From Acidocella sp. (GTDB lineage: Bacteria; Pseudomonadota; Alphaproteobacteria; Acetobacterales; Acetobacteraceae): DNA of 64,000 bases. Positions within the stretch are counted from its first letter, which is position 1. Every line of letters starts with the position of its first letter. Location: the NCBI GenBank assembly GCA_965199125.1, contig OZ240683.1:553013-617012 (forward strand), in the 5' to 3' direction. This document shows positions 55,884 to 64,000 of this stretch, in pieces. The notes beneath the pieces were generated by a model. That model saw only the letters and a list, made by a program, of their open reading frames with translations, did not search any database and was not told the origin of the DNA. The translations under genes and the position numbers were made by a program.

Positions 55884-58190
55884 CTACACTGGCAGATTGT
55901 GCTCCCGGGCCCAGGCGGTAAGCGGCTCCCGAATGCTGCCCCCCGCCGCCCCACTACGCCGCAATTCGCGCAGTATCGGCCGAAACGAGCCTAGATCGGC
56001 CGCCGCCAGCAGCGCCTTTACCGGCAGGATCGCGTTGCCGGACATCGAGAGCGCGGTCACGCCGATCGCCGCGAAGGCCAGCGCGTCCAGCGGCCGCCCC
56101 GCCGCCTCGCCGCAGACCGAAAGCGGCACGCCCGCCTCCTCGCACGCCGCCACCAACCGCTCCACCATCTCCAGCACCGGCGCGGACAGTGTATCGTACC
56201 GGTCGGCCAGCTCCGGCGTGCCGCGATCCGCGGCGAACAAAAACTGCATCAGATCATTGGTGCCGAGCGAGACGAAATCCGCCTCCGCCAGCAGCCCCGG
56301 CAGCTGGAACAGCAGGGACGGCACCTCGATCATCGTTCCCGCCAGCAAATGCTCCGGCAGCGGCCGGATGCGCGCCGCCTCCGCCTCCAGCAGATCCCGA
56401 GCCGCGCGGAACTCCTCCACCGTCGCCACCATCGGGAACATCACAGAGAGCGGCCGTCCCTGCGCCGCCAGCAGCAGCGCCCGCAGCTGCCGCCGCAAGA
56501 TCGCCGGCCGGTCCAGCCCAACGCGGAGGGAGCGCCAGCCCATCGCCGGGTTTTCCTCGCCCCGCCCGGTTTCGCCCGGCAGCAGCTTGTCGGCGCCCAG
56601 ATCGAGCGTGCGGAACTGCACCGTCAGCCCGCCGGCACGGTCCATCACGCGGCCATACTCCGCCGCCTGCGCCGCAACGCCGGGGACGCCGCCGGAGGCA
56701 AGCGCGGCGATTTCCGTGCGGTACAGCCCGATGCCGTCGGCGCCGGTGCGCTCCAGCTGGTCCAGCTCCAGCGCCAGGCCGACATTCAGCATCAGCTGAA
56801 TGCGGGTGCCGTCCGCGGTCTTGCCGGGCAGGTCCCGAAACGCCGCCAGCGCCACCGCCCGCACGGAGCGCGCCGCCAGCGCGTGGTCGTACACCTGGAT
56901 CACCTCCGGCTCCGGCCGCAGGATCAGCGTGGCGCCCTCGGCATCCAGCAGCGCCTCATCCCCGGCATGCGCCGCCTCCACCGCGCCCCGCTCCACCTGC
57001 AACGCCGGCAGCCCGAGCGCCCGCGCCAGAATCGCCGCGTGACCGGAGGTGGAAGCCTCCTCGATTGCCACCCCGGCGATGCCGCGCGCGTGCCAGTCCA
57101 GCAGGTCGGCCGGACCCAGCCGGCGGACCAACAGCAAGAAACCATCGGCGCGCTCCGGCTTCGGCGCCACGCTGCCCAGCGCCTCCATCAGCCGGCCCAC
57201 CATGTCCTCGATATCCGCCAGGCGTTCGCGCAAATACGGGTCGGCGATCCGGCGCATCCGCTCGCGGATGTTGCGCGCCACCTTATCCACCGCGGTCTCC
57301 GCTGCCAGCCCATCGGCAATCGCCGCCCGCACTTGGCCCAGCCAGCCGCTGGACCGCGCCACCATCCGGTACGCATCCAGCACGTCGCGCGGCGCATTAC
57401 CGCCGGGCAGCGCGCCGGAGATCAGCCCGTCCAGGCTTTTATTCGCCGCCTCCACCGCCGCTTCCAGCCGCACCAGCTCGGCCTCCGGATCGTCGGTCAG
57501 CAGCCGCGCGATCGGCGCCGACGCGCCATAGGGCAGGATCGGCCCGCGCGCGATGCCGGCGGCCAGAATGTGGCCGGCGTAACGGCGCGGCAGGCTGTCG
57601 CCCAGCCCTTCCTCCGGGACATCAGTCGCGCCGGCGCCCGCCAGAATTTCGGCCAGCAGCATCGCCACGGTCGCGACCGATTCCACCTCGACCGGCGCGA
57701 ACAGCCGCGCCTGCCGGCTTTGCATCGCGATCACGCCGAGGGTGCGGCCCGCCCGCTTCACCGGCACCGCCAGCATCGCCGCGAAATCCTCCTCGCCGAC
57801 CTCGGATTTATAGGCAAAACGCGGATGGTTTTGCGCGTCCGCCAGGTTCAGCGCGTCGCCGGAGGCCGCCACCATGCCGATGATGCCCTCGCCGAACCGC
57901 AACCGCACCCGGCCGACGGCGCTGACCTTCAGCCCGTAAATCGCGGAAAGTTCGAGCATCTCGCCCTGCCGCGCGATGTAGATCGCGCAGGCATCGGCCC
58001 CCAGCTCCTGCGACACCAGAGCGGCGATGTCGGGCAGGCTGGCGGCGCCGGAGGCCAGCGCCTCGCGCAGCCGCGCCAGCATCCGGCGGCTGTCGCGGCT
58101 CTTCAACAGCCGCCGGCGCTTCACCCGGCGGGCGGCCTCCGCGCGATGCTTGGTTGCCGAACCGGCGGCCCCCGTTTCATCCGGCGGCAC
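55884..58190 (-). CDS. ptsP: Phosphoenolpyruvate-protein phosphotransferase EI(Ntr) with GAF domain
   Basis: GAF N-terminus, TSGHAAILAR phospho-His, GIGLYRTE, EENPAMGWR..R, PMV, SLGTNDL.QF..AADR, CGE. Confidence 0.93.
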   Translation of the reverse strand: MPPDETGAAGSATKHRAEAARRVKRRRLLKSRDSRRMLARLREALASGAASLPDIAALVSQELGADACAIYIARQGEMLELSAIYGLKVSAVGRVRLRFGEGIIGMVAASGDALNLADAQNHPRFAYKSEVGEEDFAAMLAVPVKRAGRTLGVIAMQSRQARLFAPVEVESVATVAMLLAEILAGAGATDVPEEGLGDSLPRRYAGHILAAGIARGPILPYGASAPIARLLTDDPEAELVRLEAAVEAANKSLDGLISGALPGGNAPRDVLDAYRMVARSSGWLGQVRAAIADGLAAETAVDKVARNIRERMRRIADPYLRERLADIEDMVGRLMEALGSVAPKPERADGFLLLVRRLGPADLLDWHARGIAGVAIEEASTSGHAAILARALGLPALQVERGAVEAAHAGDEALLDAEGATLILRPEPEVIQVYDHALAARSVRAVALAAFRDLPGKTADGTRIQLMLNVGLALELDQLERTGADGIGLYRTEIAALASGGVPGVAAQAAEYGRVMDRAGGLTVQFRTLDLGADKLLPGETGRGEENPAMGWRSLRVGLDRPAILRRQLRALLLAAQGRPLSVMFPMVATVEEFRAARDLLEAEAARIRPLPEHLLAGTMIEVPSLLFQLPGLLAEADFVSLGTNDLMQFLFAADRGTPELADRYDTLSAPVLEMVERLVAACEEAGVPLSVCGEAAGRPLDALAFAAIGVTALSMSGNAILPVKALLAAADLGSFRPILRELRRSGAAGGSIREPLTAWAREHNLPV

Positions 58191-59256
58191 GCGCCACCAG
58201 CGCCGCCACCGCCTGCGCCTTCAGCTCGGCCAGAATCTCGGCGACCGGCTGGCTGCGCGTCACCATGCCGACCGACTGCCCGGCCATCACCGAGCCGGTC
58301 TCCACATCGCCGTCGATCACCGCGCGGCGCAGCGCGCCGGCCCAGAAATGCTCGATCGACAGCTGCGCCTGCGTCTTGTCCAGCTCGCCGGCACGAAAAC
58401 GGGCGATGGTCTCGGCCTGATGCTGCAAGAACTTCCGGGTCGCGGCATTGGCCAGACCCCGCACCGGGATTACCGGAAAATTCTCGTCCAGCTGAATCGA
58501 AGGCACGGCGTCGCGCGCATTGGCGCGGATGAACGCGTTTTTGAAATTCGGATGCGCGATGCTTTCCACCGAGGCCGCGAACCGGCTGCCGAGCTGCGCC
58601 CCCGCGGCGCCCATTTCCAGATAGCCCAGCACCGCCTCGCCCCGCCCCAGCCCGCCGGCGACGAACACCGGCACCTCGCGAACAAACGGCAGTATCTCCT
58701 GCGCCAGCACGGTCAGCGACACCGGGCCGATATGGCCGCCGGCCTCCGAACCCTCGATCACCAGCGCGTCGACGCCGGCCTTCACAAACCGCCGCGCCAG
58801 CACCAGAGCGGGCGCGAACGCGATCAATTTCGCGCCGAAATCCTTGACCGCGCGCACCGCCGGTCCGGGCGGGATGCCGCCGGCCAGCACCACATGCGTC
58901 ACCTCCGCGCGCCGGCAAACCTGCACCAGCTCATTTAGCGCCGGATGCATGGTGATCAGATTGACGCCGAACGGCCGGTCCGTCAGCGCCTGCGTGCCGG
59001 CGATCTCGGCCTCCAGCAGCGCCGGGCTCATCGCACCGCAGGCCAGCACGCCGAAGCCGCCGGCATTGGAAATCGCCGACACCAGATGCCGCTCCGACAC
59101 CCAGCTCATCGCCCCGCCCATGATCGGGTAATCGGCGCCAAGAAACGCCCGGCCGCGACCGGTCAGCGCGTCATACGCGCGGACTGCCGCCGCCCAGGCG
59201 GCCGCTTTCTGCACAGCCGCCTCCTGGCTCGCACGGGCGTCCGGGTCGTCAAGCAT
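58177..59256 (-). CDS. NAD(P)H-dependent flavin oxidoreductase (nitronate monooxygenase/FabK-like)
   Basis: YPIMGGAMSWVSE..LVSAISNAGGFG, EGSEAGGHIG, AGG, GAQLGSRF, MAGQSVG. Confidence 0.88.
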   Translation of the reverse strand: MLDDPDARASQEAAVQKAAAWAAAVRAYDALTGRGRAFLGADYPIMGGAMSWVSERHLVSAISNAGGFGVLACGAMSPALLEAEIAGTQALTDRPFGVNLITMHPALNELVQVCRRAEVTHVVLAGGIPPGPAVRAVKDFGAKLIAFAPALVLARRFVKAGVDALVIEGSEAGGHIGPVSLTVLAQEILPFVREVPVFVAGGLGRGEAVLGYLEMGAAGAQLGSRFAASVESIAHPNFKNAFIRANARDAVPSIQLDENFPVIPVRGLANAATRKFLQHQAETIARFRAGELDKTQAQLSIEHFWAGALRRAVIDGDVETGSVMAGQSVGMVTRSQPVAEILAELKAQAVAALVARAAG

Positions 59257-60463
59257 CCAGCTGATACGCCGTGTGCAGCGCCCGCACCGCCAATTCAGTA
59301 TATTCCGCGGCGATCAGCACGCTGACCTTGATCTCGCTGGTCGAGATCACCTGGATATTGATCCCCCGATCCGCCAGCGTCCTGAACATCGTGCCCGCCA
59401 CGCCGGCATGGCTGCGCATCCCCACGCCCACCACCGAAAGCTTCGCTACGTCCGGATCGGTGCTGATCTCGGCGTAACCTATGGTCTGGCGCGCCGCCTC
59501 CAGGCTGGCTTGCGCGCGGGCGATGTCCGCCTTGCCGATGGTGAACGTCATGTCCGTGGTGCCGTCCTCCGCCACGTTCTGCACGATCATATCGACGTTG
59601 ATATGCGCCTCGGCCAGCGGCACGAAAATCGCGGCGGCGATGCCCGGCCGGTCCGGCACCCGGCGGACCGTCACTTTCGCCTCGTCCCGCGAATAGGCGA
59701 TGCCGGCGACCACTTCCTGTTCCAAAATTTCATCCTCATCCACCACCAGCGTGCCCGGCGCGTCGGTGAAGCTGGAGAGCACCTGCACCCGCACTCGCTG
59801 CTTCATCGCAAGCTCGACGCTGCGGGTCTGCAACACTTTGGCGCCGACCGAGGCGAGCTCCAGCATCTCCTCATAGGTGATCTTAGCGAGCTTGCGGGCC
59901 TTCGCAACAATCCGCGGGTCGGTCGTGTAGATGCCGTCCACGTCGGTGTAGATGTCGCAGCGATCCGCCTGCAGAGCCGCCGCTAGCGCCACCGCGGACG
60001 TGTCCGAGCCGCCGCGGCCCAGCGTGGTGATGCGGTTGTCCGGACCGATGCCCTGGAACCCCGCCACCACCGGGATCTGGCCGCGCGCCATCCGCTCCAG
60101 CAACTCCTCGGCATCAACTGAATTGATCCGTGCCTTGCCATGCTGCCCATCGGTCTCCACGGCGATCTGCCAGCCGAGCCAGGAGCGGGCGTTCAGCCCA
60201 GCCTCCTGCAACGCGATCGCCAGCAGCCCGGCGCTGATCTGCTCCCCAGCCGAAACCACCGCGTCGTATTCCCGCGCGTCGTACAGCGGCGACAGCCCCT
60301 GGCACCAGCCCACTAGCTGGTTGGTGGTGCCCGCCATCGCCGACACCACCACCGCAACCTCATCGCCCGCGACCACCTGGCGCTTCACCCGCGCCGCCAC
60401 GTTGCGGATGCGCTCCAGATCGGCGACCGACGTGCCGCCGAATTTCATCACGATCCGCGCCAT
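59249..60463 (-). CDS. lysC: Aspartate kinase
   Basis: MKFGGTSV, VVSAM, TTLGRGGSDT, YTDVDG, AKVL, two ACT domains, STSEIK. Confidence 0.97.
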   Translation of the reverse strand: MARIVMKFGGTSVADLERIRNVAARVKRQVVAGDEVAVVVSAMAGTTNQLVGWCQGLSPLYDAREYDAVVSAGEQISAGLLAIALQEAGLNARSWLGWQIAVETDGQHGKARINSVDAEELLERMARGQIPVVAGFQGIGPDNRITTLGRGGSDTSAVALAAALQADRCDIYTDVDGIYTTDPRIVAKARKLAKITYEEMLELASVGAKVLQTRSVELAMKQRVRVQVLSSFTDAPGTLVVDEDEILEQEVVAGIAYSRDEAKVTVRRVPDRPGIAAAIFVPLAEAHINVDMIVQNVAEDGTTDMTFTIGKADIARAQASLEAARQTIGYAEISTDPDVAKLSVVGVGMRSHAGVAGTMFRTLADRGINIQVISTSEIKVSVLIAAEYTELAVRALHTAYQLDA

Positions 60464-60480
60464 GGTCAGGATGCGGGTAG

Positions 60481-60624
60481 AAGGAAGAAAGACATCTTTT
60501 TGTGAACAAAAAGAAGCAAAAAAACTTTATGAATCGGGTTCATGGGCGATGGTCCCGCCAACGCCCAGGGCCCGTATTAGCAAAAGTTTTTTGGTTCCTT
60601 TTTTCAAAAAAGAACCGCTTTTCC
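60481..60624. repeat. AT-rich three-hairpin repeat element, full copy D, between divergent lysC and ubiG
   Basis: CTTTTTGTGAACAAAAAGAAGCAAAAAAACTTT; central GGGTTCATGGGCG...CGCCCAGGGCCC; AAAAGTTTTTTGGTTCCTTTTTTCAAAAAAGAACCGCTT. Confidence 0.9.
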
Positions 60625-60694
60625 GCCATCACACTCTTGTCCTCTGGCCCATTGGCCGCGGCCGTCACATAACGGTGTCGGGAGGGTTGGGCAA

Positions 60695-61408
60695 ATGCCG
60701 GGTGGTTCGGTCAAAGCTGAGGAAATCGCCCGGTTCGACGCGCTGGCGGCGCGCTGGTGGGACCCGCAAGGGCCGATGCGGCCGCTGCATCAAATGAACC
60801 CGGTGCGCGCCGGCTGGATCACCGCGCGCATCGCCGCCAGCGTCGGCACGCTTTCCGGCACCCGCGTGCTGGACATCGGCTGCGGCGCCGGCTTGCTTTC
60901 GGAGGCGCTGGCGCAGGCCGGCTGCGACGTGCTGGGCCTGGACGCCGCTGGCGAGGCCATCGCCGCCGCCGCCGCCCACGCCGCCGGCAAAAACCTGGCT
61001 TTGAGTTATCGCGCGGGTACCGCCGAAGACCTTGCGCTTGAGGGCGCAAAGTTTCCCGTCATCACGGCGCTGGAAGTGATCGAGCACGTCGCCGACCCGG
61101 TGCAATTTCTGCGAACCCTCACGTCCCTCTTGGAGCCGGACGGCCTGCTGTTCATCTCCACCCTGAACCGCAGCCGCCGCTCCTACCTCACCGCCAAACT
61201 CGGCGCCGAATATCTGCTCCGCCTGCTGCCGGTCGGCACCCATGACTGGCGCCAGTTCATCACCCCGGCCGAGCTCGCCGCGCAATGCCGCCAGGCCGGC
61301 CTGCGTCTGCTCGACACCGCCGGCATGACGTTCGCCCCGTTCGGCGGCGGCTTCCGCATCAGCCGCGACCTTTCGGTCAACTACATCGCGCTCGCCGTCG
61401 GTCTATAA
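60695..61408 (+). CDS. ubiG: Ubiquinone biosynthesis O-methyltransferase
   Basis: EIARFDALA..WWD..GPM.PLH.MNP.R, LDIGCGAGLLSE, EVIEHV, AEY.L.LLP.GTH.W..FITP. Confidence 0.96.
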   Translation: MPGGSVKAEEIARFDALAARWWDPQGPMRPLHQMNPVRAGWITARIAASVGTLSGTRVLDIGCGAGLLSEALAQAGCDVLGLDAAGEAIAAAAAHAAGKNLALSYRAGTAEDLALEGAKFPVITALEVIEHVADPVQFLRTLTSLLEPDGLLFISTLNRSRRSYLTAKLGAEYLLRLLPVGTHDWRQFITPAELAAQCRQAGLRLLDTAGMTFAPFGGGFRISRDLSVNYIALAVGL

Positions 61409-63174
61409 TCCCGGCGCCAGCCCACCGCCATGAAATGCCTGAGCGGCGTGGGTTGCAGCCCTGCGGCAACCTCCATCGCGGCATCGGGGTAACGCTCGAC
61501 GTAAAAATCCGCGTCGAAATTAAGCGCCTGCCGGCCCTCCGCCGCGCCGCGCAGGAGAAAATGCGCCAGCGCCGGCTGCCCGTTCTCCATCCAGCGCAGC
61601 ACGTCCGGATAAGTCTCGGTGTAGAACTCCGGATCAAACCCGCCCACCAGCACCCGCCCCCGCCCCAGAGGCTCCGCCCGCAACCAGATTTCCCGCACCT
61701 CCGCCGCCGTGGCAAACCGCGCCTGCGCCGCCAGCACCTGCTGCTGCCGCAAAAACCGCGCCGGATCGGTTTGCAGCTCGAACATCTTCTGATACGGTAG
61801 CAAAACATACTGAACTTCCGGCGCGTCGAACGGAAAAAACATCAAATCCGGATGCTGCACCGGATTAAACATCCCGCCCACCGGGAGAAAAATCGTTTCC
61901 GCCTCGCTCAGCCACGCCGCCAGCCACGCAAACGTACTGATCGCCAGCGCCAGATGCACCGAGCGCCGCAACACGTCGAAATCATAGCCCGGATCACGGC
62001 CGGGAATGAACCGCGCGCGCGGAAACGCATCGCGCAACGATTGCGAATAGATGTCGTCGCCCAGCTGCCCATAAAACACCAGGTCCAGCCCCGTGCGCTC
62101 TTGCAGCTTCCGATAATATTTAGGCGGCAGCACAAGATAATCCGGATGCACGCCGCGCAAAATCTCATCCGCGCGCACCACGCAGACCAGCTCGCGCGGG
62201 CCGAAGCCGCGCGCCTCGCGCCCCGTCGCTGTTTCGCCCAGCAGCCGTTTCGCCACCGCGCGCGGCGGAAACTGATCCAGATTATAGGTATAGCTGTCCA
62301 GCACCACCGTCTCCACCACGCCGCGGCGCAGGCAGTCGGCCAGGCCGGGCACGTCGATCCGGTAGCGGTCATGCCCGGTCACCGCCGCGCGGGCCGGCGC
62401 CGGCCGCGGCACGGGCGCGTGCCGCCCCCATTCGGCGAGCTGGATGTTCTCGATCACGGCCTCCGGATACTCCACCCGCATCGCCTCCGCCGTCATGTAT
62501 TGGAGCGCCCGGTTGGCGGTGTTGCCCAGCGGCAAAATCCAGATTTTCGGCGCCACAGCCGCCGCGCGCGGCGCCCGTACCCGTGTCGCCACCACCGTGC
62601 CGCCGCCGCGTGGCGACAGAGTGAACCGATCGCGATTGCCGTCCTCCACTTGCGGAAACCGTTGCGCAAGATCGACTTCCAGCGCGCCGAAGTTCAGCGT
62701 AAACCGCGCGGCCATGCGGATCGCCGACGGTTCGACCAGCGCCCCGCCGACCAGCCAGGACGACTTCGAGATATGCCGCAGCAGCGCCAGCCCCGCCGGG
62801 GCCACCCGCAGAAAGCTCTCCCAGCCCATGCACTGGATCGCTGCCACGCTGATGGCGCCGTTACGTTCGGCGCTGGCATACATTTCCCGCCGTCGCAGCG
62901 CGACCGTACCGGGCAGCAGCCCGTCTTCAAAGGCAATGCTGGTGAATGCCGCCCGTAACCCCTCATGATCGGCGGCGTCCGAAGCCGGCGGCGCCGGCAA
63001 CAGCGCGCTTAGCTCGCCTGTCGCCGCCCGAAGCAACCGCACCGGCAGTAACCCCGCCGCCGCTTCATCCACCGGCCGGTGGCAGAGCACGCGCTGCGCC
63101 CGCGCATACACCAACAACGTGCCGTGAAAAGTGAGAAGAACAAAATCCTCCGCCGCCTCACTCAAAGGCAGCAC
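61381..63174 (-). CDS. Multidomain protein: fascin-like N-terminus, GT11-like glycosyltransferase, C-terminal FD..FY...YPD repeats
   Basis: YASAERNG..SV..IQCMGWESF; LGNTANRALQY, VR.DE, YY, DFDVL...LAISTFAWLAAWL; two FD(P/A)(E/D)FY...YPD...HF...G repeats. Confidence 0.65.
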   Translation of the reverse strand: MLPLSEAAEDFVLLTFHGTLLVYARAQRVLCHRPVDEAAAGLLPVRLLRAATGELSALLPAPPASDAADHEGLRAAFTSIAFEDGLLPGTVALRRREMYASAERNGAISVAAIQCMGWESFLRVAPAGLALLRHISKSSWLVGGALVEPSAIRMAARFTLNFGALEVDLAQRFPQVEDGNRDRFTLSPRGGGTVVATRVRAPRAAAVAPKIWILPLGNTANRALQYMTAEAMRVEYPEAVIENIQLAEWGRHAPVPRPAPARAAVTGHDRYRIDVPGLADCLRRGVVETVVLDSYTYNLDQFPPRAVAKRLLGETATGREARGFGPRELVCVVRADEILRGVHPDYLVLPPKYYRKLQERTGLDLVFYGQLGDDIYSQSLRDAFPRARFIPGRDPGYDFDVLRRSVHLALAISTFAWLAAWLSEAETIFLPVGGMFNPVQHPDLMFFPFDAPEVQYVLLPYQKMFELQTDPARFLRQQQVLAAQARFATAAEVREIWLRAEPLGRGRVLVGGFDPEFYTETYPDVLRWMENGQPALAHFLLRGAAEGRQALNFDADFYVERYPDAAMEVAAGLQPTPLRHFMAVGWRRDYRPTASAM

Positions 63175-63215
63175 ACCCGCCGGGACCGGCGCGATCTCGG
63201 CGGGTTAGCAACCTT

Positions 63216-63467
63216 CTACTGCGCGCCCGCCGAAATGCCGGCATTGGTCGCGCTGATCGCCTGATCCACGAGACTCATCGCCTGCAGCCGGTAGCCGCCC
63301 TTATCGGGCAACGCCATATTCAGCTGATTGCGCGCCACCTGCAAAGCGTGCAGCGCGTTGAACATATGGCTCTGAAACGCAACCGCCGTGCCGCCCATCA
63401 CGCCGCCGGCGAGCATCGATCCGGCGATCACCGCCGCCATCCGCAAACGTTTTGACTGAATGAACAT
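63216..63467 (-). CDS. Small secreted helical protein
   Basis: AAGGTGG RBS, signal peptide, then QSHMFNALHALQ.A...L..A..DKGGYR..A..LV.QAI. Confidence 0.7.
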   Translation of the reverse strand: MFIQSKRLRMAAVIAGSMLAGGVMGGTAVAFQSHMFNALHALQVARNQLNMALPDKGGYRLQAMSLVDQAISATNAGISAGAQ

Positions 63468-63581
63468 GGTCCACCTTGTTGTTTGACGTTTTCCACGCGG
63501 CAACGGCATTATGCGCCGCCGCGCCACCTCCTAACACGCCCCACCAAGCCGCAAAACGCCGATCGTGTCTCGGTTTGAAAC

Positions 63582-64000
63582 TTAACCACGCCGCGCCAAC
63601 CACGCCGTTCGGCCGCCTGCCGACCGATCTTCAACGGCGTGGGCGACGACTTCAAATCCAATTTCACCGAGTCGTGCCGCGTATTCCGCCGGCCCCAAAC
63701 TGGCGTGATAGAGCGGGTCGCCGCGATAGCTCCCAACAACCTCCCCATAACCCGGCCCGGCGTTGAACATCAGAACCGCTTGTTCGGCGCTATGGTTTCC
63801 AAATCTCTCGAACATCAGCCGCTGATCATCGGGCGTGAGGTGAAAGAAACTATCCCAGGCCAGGATACCATCGAAGGTGCGGCCCAGCGCGAGAGACCGC
63901 ATGTCGCCGACCACCCATTCCTGATCCGGCATCCGCACGCGGCATAGCGAGATCAGCGTGGGCGAAGCGTCAACTCCGGTCACCCGCAAGCCGCGGGCAA
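63582..64000 (-). CDS. Class I SAM-dependent methyltransferase, C-terminal part only
   Basis: VTGVDAS..LI, GDMR, FDGILAWDSFFHL, LYHASL...Y; the start lies beyond the window. Confidence 0.85.
   Translation of the reverse strand, partial: ARGLRVTGVDASPTLISLCRVRMPDQEWVVGDMRSLALGRTFDGILAWDSFFHLTPDDQRLMFERFGNHSAEQAVLMFNAGPGYGEVVGSYRGDPLYHASLGPAEYAARLGEIGFEVVAHAVEDRSAGGRTAWLARRG

Overview
A high-GC alphaproteobacterial chromosome segment; gene order and content suggest an Acetobacteraceae member of the acidophilic Acidocella/Acidiphilium type (inference). Left to right: RND permease (partial), pyruvate carboxylase and the prpD-prpC-prpB methylcitrate genes with a divergent ScfR/PrpR-family regulator; two DUF892 ferritin-like genes; gluconokinase; gloB and a methyltransferase; a large MscS; a complete type II secretion cluster (O | E F H I J L M N D K | G, plus a lytic transglycosylase); a flavin reductase next to tRNA-Gln(TTG); ispE, TPR lipoprotein, apaG, folE, PmtA-like methyltransferase; an aa3-type cox operon; GST, SDR, alpha/beta hydrolase, GT4, GT9; thrS, a low-GC insert carrying ccdAB, infC; DUF4167, prmC, prfA, hisS, ispG, RodZ-like, ptsP, flavin oxidoreductase, lysC, ubiG; a multidomain GT11-like protein; and a partial methyltransferase. 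I see no rRNA, CRISPR array, transposase or phage genes. I cannot point to one wholly new multi-gene system. The strongest oddities are: (1) a cytochrome c oxidase with concerted substitution of Mg/Mn-site residues and no ctaG in its operon; (2) an essential hisS that is low-GC except at its 5' end; (3) several families of non-coding palindromic elements, including an AT-rich three-hairpin element at operon junctions and a ~180-nt long-stem element; (4) a fascin-like/GT11-like/repeat fusion protein; (5) a heptamer inverted array embedded in two convergent genes. All product calls come from motif recognition by eye, not from database searches.
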